Assembly: GCA_965202585.1 (NCBI GenBank)
Contig: OZ241831.1
Location: 5,332,001-5,396,000 of the forward strand
Source: Thalia democratica
Taxonomy: Eukaryota
Length of the DNA: 64,000 nt
Direction of reading: 5' to 3'
Below are positions 40,301 to 51,026 of the stretch, piece after piece. The position numbers were made by a program, and so were the translations under genes. The notes below the pieces were generated by a model that saw only the letters and a list, made by a program, of their open reading frames with translations, made no database searches and was not told where the DNA came from. Each line of letters begins with the position of its first letter. The first letter of the stretch is position 1.

Positions 40301-43300
40301 GAACGTTTAAAAAATCCTTCATGTCTAAAAAGGCTTAAGGTATCAAGTCTATTTTGTGAAATTAACATTTTTAAAAACACTTATAGCTCTTTATAAATTG
40401 ATATCGAACTAAATAACTGTGTATATCTTTTTGATGAGTATTTAACAAAAAAGCATGCTTTATTTTTTAATAAGTGAATAAAATACTAATAATTCTCTTC
40501 TGTGCTACTAATCGCATGAACTTACTCAGACTGTTACTAAGTAAAATTACTAATTTTGCTAAGTTTAAAATTGTTTTTAAGCATCAACACATACCTTAAA
40601 CATTTATCAAGTTTAAATTTCATGCTTGTTAAATAAGCCCTCTACTTCATACCATAGTTTAATTATCTTTATTGATCATTTTAAGAATACAAAACAACAT
40701 TTCAATGTGTCGTTGTACTTAAAACAGTTTTTGTTATGTTACAATTAATACTTTTGTTTTGAGATAATCGTCTATTTTAAGTTAAATAGTATGAATGTAT
40801 TAAAGTTTTGCGATTTTTTCGGTCGTTCTAACGTACTTATTCTTCAAAAACTATAAAAAATGAAACTTTTATTCAAGATATTTTAAAACTATGCACAAAT
40901 GTTTTAACAGTTGCAAGAATTAAAAAGGTTGAATAGATTATTGAAACATCTTCTGATTTCCTTTAATTTGTTTTTATCGTCAATGTTTTTTTGAGCTACC
41001 GTTCGTTTTTCTCAATTATAACATAAAAGATCAAAATACTGCTCTAAGGCTATGTTGTAGTTTTATAGGGCTAAATATTTTTATAGTTATGTTAAACACA
41101 TTGTATTTAGTAACTTAAGGTTATTAACAAACATATGAGAATAAAACAAATCTCGAGTTTAAAGTATTTCAAAAAACAAAAAAATATTATTCAAATTCTT
41201 GTTTTCGTTTATCACAAATATGTAACTTCAACAAATTATTATTTTTCAGATGCTTTTGTCGTAGAATATCAACAAGCAGCTTTCATACGATGTCCAAGCT
41301 GAAAACACTGAAGCTTCAAAGAAGCTACCTAAGAAAGCTACCAAACTTCAAAACCATCAACTTGACTAAAACCCCCTATACTGAAAAATCTTCTAAGTGG
41401 TTCAACCCAGAACTGGAGGTATTGGACGTTTCGCACAACCTCCACCTGGAAGTATTATCCAGCGGAGGATCGGACACTTTGTTTCCCCCTAACCTGAAAA
41501 AACTAGATTTCACCGGCGACTCAGTGCCGATGGTGAACGGGTTTATGTTTTCCAACTTGCGAAGTTTGCAGTCGCTGAAGCTGGACTTTACGAGGGTCAA
41601 CCACATCAGCAGAGATTCGTTTGCACGGAACAGTGACCTTGAAGAAGTCTCCATAACGCTGAACACTCTGAAGGAGATTCCGCAGCTACCAGCCAGTGTT
41701 AAAAGGCTCAATTTGATGGGCAACCGAATTGAAAATGTGACGAGTTTAACCGGAAACGGCTTGAAAGTTAGTTCAGAGGAAGGAAATGTTACTGTGGGTC
41801 TGAATAAAAGTATTAGAAATTTGTCGAACTTGGAAGTGATAAACTTGAGCAAAGGCAGAATATCGTTCATTGAGAGCGGAGTTTTCAAGAACATGAACAA
41901 GCTTACAAGTTTGAACATGTCAGATAACCACTTACGAGTCATTTCTGACGATGTGCTAGAAATAAGGTCAGTTGAAATACTTTTTTGGAATTAAACGTTA
42001 ATTTGTAAATCACTCTAAATGTTTGACCTTAAAATTTCAAGTTTAGTATGTTGTTTTAAATTTCTATTGGAATGATTTACTTAAATTTGAAGTGAAACAT
42101 AATTTAAAACATCACTATTTCCGACTATTTACTATGTTACATTGACGTAAGTTTGTTTAAAGTACAAGATACATCTGCTCGTATTAAAATTTTGTTTTGA
42201 TTATTTTGTTTCTATATTTTACATAAACAAAGGTTTAAATTTCTGTATTTTTATTTTGATTTAGATACTAATTTAAACTTTAAAACTTATTAAAGTTCAA
42301 TACATGTTTTAAAACCTAAATTTACAACGCAAAATTTATACAGAGTTGTTATAAAAAGTAACCTTTATTGAAGTGTTAAAGTTAAAACAATTATAACTAC
42401 TCTTTATATAGTTTGTTTAAACCTTAAAAAAACGTAAATATTAATTATCATGCTTTATAAAGGATTTCGTGGTTAATACCTGTTAAATTTATTAAATGAA
42501 ATAAAAATGTTTTCTATCATATTTCTTAAAAAAAAACAGTTCAAATTCAACACTAACAACTTTGGACTTATCATCAAATGAAATAGAAAAAGTTGGAAAC
42601 TCCCCTTTTCGTTACCACAACAACCTAGTTGAGCTCTACTTGCAAAATAACTACATTGCATCGGTGAACGAAAACATTTTCACTAATCTTCTGAATGTCG
42701 AACACGTTGACTTGTCAATGAACAACATTGTTGACATTTCTCCAGGTGCCTTACTGCCTTTGAAGAACATTAAAGTCAGTTTTAACTTCAAAATAAAATA
42801 TTTTACTTAAAAAATTACAAAATTTTTATATTACGTTCGATACTTAAACTTATTTATATTTAATTATTACAGCTGAATTTTCAAGACAAAGACAATTTTC
42901 TGGCCCGCACCGTGTTTTTTTAGTTTAAAAGCAATTTATACAAAACAAGCAAACTTAATTTTTGTTTTTTATAATGTTTACAAATATGCTCCTTACTAAA
43001 TAGGGAGTAAACGGCAGTGGTAATTTAATAATGTTTTCATCACAGTTTTGATATTAAAGATTTTACTGAGTTATGCTGCCCGCAAGAAAATTTTACTAAC
43101 AAATTAGCCAAAAACTATTTGTAATAAATACATGGTTTTCAAGGCTGCTGAGCCCGTTGAATTAGCGATACATTACTTGAATAAGCTTTTTAGAACTTCT
43201 CAAATCCAAAATCAAGTAATATTATTGCATAAAAGTAAACATAACTAAGTTGTATCATTACGTATAACATTGTTGGATTGCAATGCTGCTCATTATTTTA

Positions 43301-46300
43301 ATAACTTTTAGTTTTAAATCTGATAAAGTTTACTTACACTCGGTTTCCTTCTATGGAGCCTAATAAAAATTTAAGGTTTTGTTTTCGAACTAATTTTCTT
43401 TAATCTCAAACATTACTAAAACAAGTGTTAAAAATTTACAAGCTTTTTTTTATTGGCTTAATAAACTTTTATATGTTTGTTACTAATCGTGCAATAATTA
43501 ATTTTGAAGTTTATAAGTTCGAAACAGCTAAAATAATAAAAAATAACTTCGTTTTCAATAGATAATATCAAACATATCGTTTTATTCAGGTACTCCTGCT
43601 AAACAACAACCACCTCGAAATAATATGGAAGGATCAGTTCTCAAACCTGAAGAACCTACACACATTGACTTTGCACAACAACAGAATAATAAGAGTGGAT
43701 CACCCTCAGAGCATACCAGCACAAGTAACTCACCTGTCTTTTGAATGGAACCAGTTGAGCACATTTCCTATTTTGCAGTCTGATAGACTCGAACACCTTG
43801 TTCTGTCATACAACAACCTGACTGTTAGTTTGTTTTTAATAAACTAAGTGACGTAAAAATATTTTTATTGAACATTTAAAATTAATTACTAAAACGCAAC
43901 GTTATTAAGTTTAAATAGTTTTTAGTTTGTTAAATACTTTTATTAAGTGTGTTAGATTCCTATGTAATATTTTACTTATTTTTTAAAGTTTTTCTTTTTA
44001 TTACTTTGTCTAAAACTTAAAATATAATTGTTTTAGTTTAGTGCAAGTCTATGATGAGGTTTAAACGAAATTTAATTTATAGTTATCATTATAGGTGTTT
44101 TTATTGACCAATATGGCTGGTTATCATCATTTAGGATATAAAAGTTAACTTTATTGCTAAACTTACTTAAAAAACAACAAAAAATCTATATAAAACTTTT
44201 TGTTTTGGATAATAACTTATTTTTAGCGCAAAAAAAGCTAAAATATAATTTTAAAACTGGTTGGTTTATAAACTTTTGAGTCTTTTTGTTATTTTAAAAT
44301 GACAAGTATCAAAATTTTTAAACAAAAAGCTATTTTAAATTTAACTTTAAAATAAATTTAGAACTATCAAAACACTAAAAGATCAATTAGAAAATAGGTT
44401 TTGAAGCACTAGTTTTAAAAAAACCAATTAAAAAGGAAATATGTAAGAAACTTTGTTTGTTATACATTAAATTTAAAAATTTAACTTTTTTTATCTTGGA
44501 ACTTTGTTTTTCACATAGTGTAAATAACAATTAAAGAAAAATATAACAAAACTTCTTTGAAATTAAATTTGAAGAAAAAGTTGACAAAATCAAGAATTTC
44601 AAAATTTGTAACTGTCAAACACAAACATTCTTAAAAACCAAAACTATAAGTAGTCTTTAAAACTTGTATCCTTTTTAGTCGAATGCTAAATGTTAAACTA
44701 GAACTTTTTATAAATTTAGCCCGAAAAGTCTATAACTTTTATAAGCAACAGAAAAAGTAAAAAGTTTTTTTTTGATGTGTAACTATGTGTACAGTATTAA
44801 TACTTTACTTTGAGCAAATCTTTGTGCATAAAATTATAAGCTTGAAACACATGTAAAGTAAATTCTGTTTGACACAATGTATACAAACCAGTAATTAAAA
44901 AAAAATATTTGAAACTATCTCTATACATAATACTGTTCACAGGTATACACTTTAACAACACTGGCCTATTGACAAATTAGTTATATGTATACTGTTTAAA
45001 TATTTTGAAAAATCAATTTTTAAACTAATGACAAAATTGTTATGCTTATGTCGTCTACGCAAAATTCTAAACAAAATTACAAGTATTTTCCTAAAATAAA
45101 AAGATAATAAAAATAACTACGTTGAAGACTAAACATTATAAAATTTCAGGTGATACCGGAAACAGCTTTTAAAAAAACACAAAATTTAAAGCACATCGAC
45201 TTGTATAAAAACCCGAACCTAATAATAGACGACTACAGTCAATTCAAATATGTAAAAAATTTAGAACATTTAGACATTGCAATGAGTGGTCTAGTAACGA
45301 AGTTTATTGATGTTTCGATGCCGAAGTTGAAAGAATTAGTAATGTATGAAAGTCAAGTAAGAATTGTTTAGTCTTTTTTTGATATAAGACAACAAAAAAA
45401 AAGAATTTAAATTCAAAGTAACGTAACACTTTATCAAGATTCTAGAAAGGTTTCTTGTTTACAAAGAAATACATGATTTTTTAATAACCTTGACTTCTAA
45501 AACTTGGTTTGTTACCAAGTTTATATAAAAATAAAATAGCATTTCTACTTTTCAAACTGTTTATACTTAATAATTATACTATTAAGTGCACTAAATCATT
45601 TATTATAGCAATGTTTTAACTTAAATATTTTAACATTTACAGTTTTTAACATTTAAAGTTTTTCACACAGATCACCACTAAACTCTTATCAAACTCGGAC
45701 ATCCGACACTTCCTCCCCAACCTCCAGGACCTCAATCTGGCCTATAACAACATTTCGGTGATTCCCCAACAATTTCTCACCCGTCTTCCCCCCACGCTGA
45801 AATCAATCGACCTGAAAGGCAACGAGTTCGATTGCGACTGCCAACTTTTACCCTTCGTTGATTGGATACTCGACAGTGACGTCATAAACGTGGTGGGGTG
45901 GCGCTACTACATGTGCCAGGGGCCGCCCGTCAACTTCACCGACTCGGTCGTGGACGTCGTTTCTCAATTAAAGTGTGACGTCACAACGACGATACCGGTG
46001 TCGACGCCGGCCAATAGGAAGCAGGGAAAGTCGTCGCTGATCGTCGTATTCGCGGTTTTGATCTTCGTGGTGCTCGTTTCAGTCGTCGTCTTCCGCAGGT
46101 CGAGGCGGATGCGGAGGATGACCACGACCAGCATGGGCCCCATGATCGCTTCGAACGCGTCCGGTACGAGCAACAGGAGAAACTGCTGTTTAGCTTTCAA
46201 TTGGACGAGGACGAGAGAGGAGCAAGGGAGTTACGAGGAGGCGCAGTGCGAGGAACAGCTGATGGACCGGAACGAAGAAGAAGAACCTTCCAGTGTGATG

Positions 46301-46306
46301 TCATAA
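31379..46306 (+). CDS. Type I membrane leucine-rich-repeat protein, TLR-like ectodomain without TIR domain (about 922 aa, 10 exons)
   Basis: Exons 31379-31426, 31848-31997, 32641-32786, 34048-34250, 40034-40226, 41250-41966, 42540-42774, 43590-43823, 45150-45356 and 45671-46306 are GT/AG and phase-compatible (2769 nt including stop). Signal peptide, LRRNT (CLPGCICD...ANC), about 27-29 LRR units, LRRCT (NEFDCDCQL...CQGP), TM helix, about 70-aa tail. The exon 4 donor (GTACCT) is weak. Confidence 0.88.
31848..31997 (+). CDS. LRR receptor exon 2 (signal peptide end and LRRNT)
   Basis: LLVFSVSAVAAGFDCLPGCICDINEDHLLANCTDTSVSQVP; TTTTCAG acceptor, GTAAAA donor. Confidence 0.9.
32641..32786 (+). CDS. 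LRR receptor exon 3
   Basis: VNELILSYNGIIRIRSDNFKNYNSLEKLVLNGNKLQFFEKDSF; not in the ORF track, read directly. Confidence 0.88.
34048..34250 (+). CDS. LRR receptor exon 4
   Basis: LTYLDASSN, ITHLLLAYN and LRVLDLSHN repeats; 3' boundary inferred from phase. Confidence 0.85.
34309..34336. repeat. (TA)14 microsatellite
   Basis: Direct reading, just inside LRR intron 4. Confidence 0.95.
37742..38926 (+). CDS. Intronless triple thioredoxin-fold-like protein, paralog 2 (394 aa), nested in LRR intron 4
   Basis: Uninterrupted ORF between LRR exons 4 and 5 on the same strand; acceptor AG at 37722-37723; AATAAA at 39025 and 39040. Confidence 0.85.
   Translation: MDNKTRRVVNKVGNFDQYMKAVYEDEYNLLVLHKYNSNFGSSFPAILLLARHFPEVSFCLADANSPGMKFSGFSVQHDDYKKPQFELFFQHQCIRTVNKPSDRKLQDFVDLLSTVISHESLRFKKEPLHYVLGAIDVSNYAADKKEEEREKKEKVKNFYTGDEFEFVKSDEFQTDQAFMIFTYDSSFLLDSSYPKVVRNLAKAYPECVFVSNDKEDYFKDKANHNRLHIRVIEKHQELHHENFVSLHGIASLLKYEHSGIFDSCNFVFASCAKEALHLIKEKPAVMAFVYDKDDEKSIYSENAFFNIVHDFSFYYLHITVLLLEKAVTDVVEFPLKYQYAGRLKVLGFQQGQLRHTSYIKSLDQIVRSIFDFGREGISNPRQLKTPSNLLMFHF
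38940..40020. repeat. About 560/520-bp tandem duplication of the paralog-2 3' flank
   Basis: 38941 and 39501 both begin ..CTATGCGATTAAGTTTATT...TTCGTTCGTGTATG..AATAAATTTTCGTTGAATAAAAGAT and stay colinear; only one copy is present at 50415-51000. Confidence 0.9.
40034..40226 (+). CDS. LRR receptor exon 5
   Basis: SLPPSLLLANFSFNSIKYFENSTFSNNSNLQHLILSDN...LKNLVTLDLS; AG/GT ends; phase 1 to 2. Confidence 0.88.
41250..41966 (+). CDS. LRR receptor exon 6
   Basis: ORF 41290-41994 with about 9 LRR units; TTTTTCAG acceptor, GTCAGT donor. Confidence 0.92.
42540..42774 (+). CDS. LRR receptor exon 7
   Basis: LTTLDLSSN, LVELYLQNN, VEHVDLSMN; ACAG acceptor, GTCAGT donor. Confidence 0.92.
43590..43823 (+). 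CDS. LRR receptor exon 8
   Basis: VLLLNNN, LHTLTLHNN, VTHLSFEWN, LEHLVLSYN; TTCAG acceptor, GTTAGT donor. Confidence 0.92.
45150..45356 (+). CDS. LRR receptor exon 9
   Basis: LKHIDLYKN, LEHLDIAMS, LKELVMYES; TTTCAG acceptor, GTAAGA donor. Confidence 0.9.
45671..46306 (+). CDS. LRR receptor exon 10 (last LRRs, LRRCT, TM, cytoplasmic tail)
   Basis: LQDLNLAYN, LKSIDLKGNEFDCDCQLLPFVDW...CQGPP, TM SLIVVFAVLIFVVLVSVVVF then RRSRR, acidic tail, TAA. Confidence 0.92.
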   Translation: MTTKLLSNSDIRHFLPNLQDLNLAYNNISVIPQQFLTRLPPTLKSIDLKGNEFDCDCQLLPFVDWILDSDVINVVGWRYYMCQGPPVNFTDSVVDVVSQLKCDVTTTIPVSTPANRKQGKSSLIVVFAVLIFVVLVSVVVFRRSRRMRRMTTTSMGPMIASNASGTSNRRNCCLAFNWTRTREEQGSYEEAQCEEQLMDRNEEEEPSSVMS

Positions 46307-48067
46307 TTCTTCCGTGGCAACGAATTGATAAATTGAATTGGTAACAATTGAGTAAAGTGGTTTAAAAAATAACCTTAAAGGTTTAGTGTTGTGTTAAAGA
46401 CTAGTTTTAAAGTCATTTCAATTTTAAAGCTTAATTAATTTTTTTTTTTTTTTTCCTTTAACTAAATGATTAAAGTTATACTTTAATTGACTTTTTCTAA
46501 TTTTGCACGCATACACATAGACACAACTGTAAGATAAGTTTTAAATAATTAAATTAAAAGATGAATTATAAACATTTTTTACTTTTAAAAGTTTGTATTT
46601 TAGATAGTTGTTGTTACGATGTATTTTTCAAAATGATATGTTTTTATTTTCGTTTAATTCTAACCAACTGCTTTAAGCATACTTTTTAGAAAATTAACTG
46701 CAATTCAATCTGATACAACTGAGTATTGCTGCTGTATTGCAGTTATTTTTTAATTTGCTTTACTTACTGACCTCTTTTTAAAGTTGGTGTAAAGTATATT
46801 TAATCGTAATGTAAGCTTTAGGCAGCTTAATGATTATTTATTAACGAGATTTAAATTTTTCTTAAATTAATTTTTTGATTTATAAATTACTTGTTTTTAA
46901 AAACAAAAATAAGACAAGTTTAATATCGTGTATTATTATAGCATTTAAAAACATACAATATAATTGTTTTTATATTTAAATCGTGTTTTTAAAAATTTTT
47001 AGAAGCTTAAAAATTTCATTTATTTTATATGCAAAGTTGTGTACAACAAAACATTTTAGTTTTTCTTTGTTTTTGTTTTTCTTTTTTTCTTTGAAATAAA
47101 TGATTTTATATTGTCAACTATTTCATAGTTTGTACATAGCAAAAATAGTACAATATAAGATATAGACTGACAAATAAATAGTAATTATAAAAAGTAGATA
47201 TATACACAAAATATAGCTTGTCATTTTATCTTGCATTATTTTTTAGGTTTCGTTTAATAGTTAGATTTAAGCAAAAATTGAAGCTTATTTTAGATTAAGT
47301 TCATATATATTTGGTCTTGTTTAACGCAATTAAAACTTAGAAAGCATTAGTTTTTAAAAAAAATCTAAAAAAGACTCTACAATCAGCTGCTGTAAGGTCA
47401 ATAGAATTTTAAAAGATTAATTAACGAAGGCCTAATAAAAGTCTAATTGAAACAAAGTTTTACTAAAAGACAAAACAAAACCTTTTTTTTGTAGAATTTT
47501 GTTTTACATTTCAATTCTTTATTTTAATTCTTGGTGAAAAACAAAATGTTTTTAGGAAATCTAAATCCACTGAGAAACTAAGTTTTTTTGTTAAAAATTT
47601 TAAAATAAGAAGTGCTACTTTTAATATTTTTTTTTCAATTATGTCACAAAATAGGAAAGCCTGAAGTTGTTGTTGTTTTTATTAAGGTACTTGTTTGAAT
47701 AAGAAACTGTTGTTTAGAGAAGACCGTCTGAGTTTGAATTTATTTAAACAATTTTGTATTAATAAACGTAAACAAATATAAAGCTGTTACGTTGTAGGTC
47801 AGCTAATTTTTAGTCGGTAGACAAAGATTACCAAAAAATCTTATTTTGGTCTGACTTATCATAAAAAAAGCTAGCATCGTAATTTCGAAAAACAATAAAA
47901 ACACTAAACTAAAATAAAAACCGGACACTTTGGAAGGAAATATCAAAATTAACTAACTACAAATTAGTCACAAGCTGATTGATTTTAATTATAAAATGTT
48001 ATGCCGCATTAACTATCAAATTAAAAGAAAGAAAAAAATAACGCAAGCAATAGTAGCAACCAACAAT

Positions 48068-48165
48068 TAGTGATCTACCGAATTCGAAAATTTTGGATTA
48101 GGCCAGATCCGAATCCGAATTTTATTTTCAAATAAGAATTCGGCCCAATCCGGATCTGAATCTCA
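48068..48165. mobile_element. Possible hAT-like terminal fragment with CCGAAT/ATTCGG motifs
   Basis: TAGTGATCTACCGAATTCG...GATCCGAATCCGAAT...GAATTCGGCCCAATCCGGATCTGAATC resembles motif-rich hAT subtermini; no partner end found. Confidence 0.35.
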
Positions 48166-49236
48166 GTTTTGAAACGATTGCTTTACTTATATACTGACAG
48201 TAAATATACAGTTCACTTTTAACAAATTAATTATTCAAATCTACACTTTACAGTTTTCAAGATGTGAATTCTTTATCTAAAATATTTTATTAGTGTTCAA
48301 ACTTCCAAACTTTTGTGAAAAATCAAAATTATAAATGTTCTTAGAAATATTTAAAATATCTTATAAGAGTTTCAGTCTAATTCTTTTTAGTCGGACTGAA
48401 ATTCTTTTATTTGTTTACTGTTCTGAATACTGAAGTTATTTTGTTGTAAAATCATCATTTAACTTTTTTAAGAAGGATTAACATATTTCCTGGGTAATAT
48501 AAAATATTAAATACTGCTCAATAGTCAACTAAAACTTATAGATTTTTAAATTTAATTTTTATAGCTGATTTCGATTGAAAAATTAAAAGTAAGTTTTAGT
48601 TTAAACTAAGAAAAGGTTTTAGAACAATTTTTATAAAAGAAATGATAATTTAAGCATAACAACATTAGATTGTTTGAGCTTACTATCTGTAAAAAGGTTT
48701 TTTTTCAATTAAGTCTCATTAACGTTTTGATCATGTTTCTTTCTTAACTTATGAAACTTTTTACAAATATACATTTATAATACAAGTTTATTTGGATAAA
48801 CTATAGAAACAATTTCTGTTTCTGTCATACTTATAACCGCTACAACAAAGTTAGTTTTTATACAAATGAAATTTATATTTAAAGTTTTACTTATAACATA
48901 ATTCAAGCAACAAAAATATTTCAAAAGTAATTTCAAATTTTTCTTATTACAATTTATCACTATTTTATAAAATAGATAACTATTTATATATAATGTACAA
49001 AGAAAACAGTGTTATTGGTATAAAAGTTAATATTTAGCTCCCATAAATAAAAATAAGTTAATTTTTCATACCTAATACGATTGTATTTACTCAATAATCA
49101 AATAAATGTAATATCTCAGCTACCATGAAATTAAAATTTCAGTTAGGACTTAGTAAAGCAAAAGTTATTTATAAAAAGTTAAAATGCGTGTGAACATAAA
49201 CTTTTTGTTTCTATTCAGCGCTAAGTTAGTTCTGTA

Positions 49237-50415
49237 ATGGATAACAAAACCCGCAGAGTCGTCAACAAAGTCGGTAATTTCGACCAGTACATGAAAGCGG
49301 TGTATGAAGACGAATACAACTTGCTCGTTTTGCACAAATACAACAGCAACTTCGGCTCATCCTTTCCCGCCATTTTGTCGTTGGCGCGGCACTTTCCAGA
49401 AGTTTCGTTTTGCCTCGCGGACGCCAACAGCCCAGGGATGAAATTTCCGGGATTCTCAATCCAGTGTGATGACTTCAAAAAGCCACAGTTTGAGCTTTTT
49501 TTTCAGCACCAGAGCATAAGAACTGTTAACAAGCCATCTGATAGAAAACTGCAGGATTTTGTAGATCTTCTCTCTACTGTTATAAGTCATGAAAGTCGCA
49601 GATTCAAAAAGGAACCTTTGCAGTATGCTCTAGGTGCAATAGACGTGAGCAATTACGCTGCTGACAAGGAAGAAGAAGAGAGAGAAAAGAAAGAGAAAGT
49701 TAAAAACTTTTATACTTGCGAAGAATTTGAAAACAGCGAAGAAATAGGTCCTGACGACCTCTTCTTAACTTTCACATACGACTCGAGTTTTCTGCTCGAC
49801 AGCAGCTACCCCAAAGTGTTGAGAAACTTGGCCAGGGCATACCCCGGGTGCGCGTTCGTTTCCATGGATGAGGAGGATTATTTCGATGATGTTGGAAGCC
49901 GCAATAGGCTGCATATTGTTGCCATGGAAAGCGGTGAAGAATTGCATCATGAATATTATGAAAGTTTACACGGAATAGCCAGTTTCTTAAAATACGAACA
50001 TTCTGGTATATTTGACAGTTGCAATTTCGTTTTTGCCTCTTGCGCCAGAGAGGCGTTGCGTCTGATTGAAGAGAAACCCGCAGTCATGGCGTTTGTTTAT
50101 GACAAGGATGATGAGGAAAATATTTATTACGAAAACGCATTTTTCAACATTGTCCACGACTTTTCGTTCTACTACCTTCACATCACAGTTCTGCTCCTTG
50201 AGAAGGCTGTCACAAACGTTGTTGAGTTTCCACTGGAGTATCAGTACTCAGGTCGCTTGAAGGTGTTAGGCTTTCAGCAAGGCCAGCTTAAGCACACTGC
50301 GTACATCAAAAGTTTGGATCAAATAGTGAGGGGCATGCTTGATTTCGGAAGTGAAGAAATTCCGACTCCCAAGCTGCCGAAAGCACCTTCTAATTTGCTG
50401 ATGTTTCATTATTAG
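49237..50415 (+). CDS. Intronless triple thioredoxin-fold-like protein, paralog 3 (392 aa)
   Basis: Uninterrupted ORF; same upstream acceptor (49217-49218) and homologous flanks as paralog 2. Confidence 0.85.
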   Translation: MDNKTRRVVNKVGNFDQYMKAVYEDEYNLLVLHKYNSNFGSSFPAILSLARHFPEVSFCLADANSPGMKFPGFSIQCDDFKKPQFELFFQHQSIRTVNKPSDRKLQDFVDLLSTVISHESRRFKKEPLQYALGAIDVSNYAADKEEEEREKKEKVKNFYTCEEFENSEEIGPDDLFLTFTYDSSFLLDSSYPKVLRNLARAYPGCAFVSMDEEDYFDDVGSRNRLHIVAMESGEELHHEYYESLHGIASFLKYEHSGIFDSCNFVFASCAREALRLIEEKPAVMAFVYDKDDEENIYYENAFFNIVHDFSFYYLHITVLLLEKAVTNVVEFPLEYQYSGRLKVLGFQQGQLKHTAYIKSLDQIVRGMLDFGSEEIPTPKLPKAPSNLLMFHY

Positions 50416-51026
50416 TGTTGCTTTAAGTTGCTCTTTACGATTAAGTTCATTTAGTTTAATGTGTTTTAAATATCCTAGGTTTTTATGAAGTTTTATGTTT
50501 TTGTACATTTGTGTATGAATTAAATTTTCGTTGAATTAAAATACATTTTTATCTAATACACAGTGCTTCGTCTAGTTATCTAGATCATTGTTGGTCGTCT
50601 AAAAAAGTATTATTTAGCAGTGGTACAATTAGTACTTATTGTATTCCATGAAAGACCGTCAAAACAGTAAAGAAAAAGTTAAATAATAAATACTGTATAC
50701 TTCAACACATCTTAAACTACAATTTGTTTCGGTTGTACAGTTTATTGTCTTTATTTATTTTGAACTTTACTCAACTTTATAAAATAACTACTTTGCCCAC
50801 CCTTACTATACTAACATACTCAATACTATAATAAAAACATTTTTATTTTTTTGTTTGTATCGATAAGGTTTTTGTTAAATATTTTATGTTTTGAGATTTT
50901 AGTCTAACTGTTTATGGACGAAGCAATGGTTACGAACTGAAGTTAATATTGTGCAAGGTTCATTGACTTTAGTAGTACGTGTTACAAATTACTTGAAGCT
51001 TTCGTCATAAGCAAATTAAATTTCAG

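Noticed and set aside
31379-46306. VLR-like somatic LRR cassette assembly, using the dispersed LRR fragments as donors
   Set aside because: The main gene is complete, and the extra fragments are whole-exon duplicates with their intron flanks, not a library of varied cassettes; there is no GPI-type stalk.
46307-49200. A downstream TIR-encoding exon for the LRR receptor
   Set aside because: Exon 10 has an in-frame stop, and no TIR box motifs (YDAF..Y, PG, FW) were seen in this interval.
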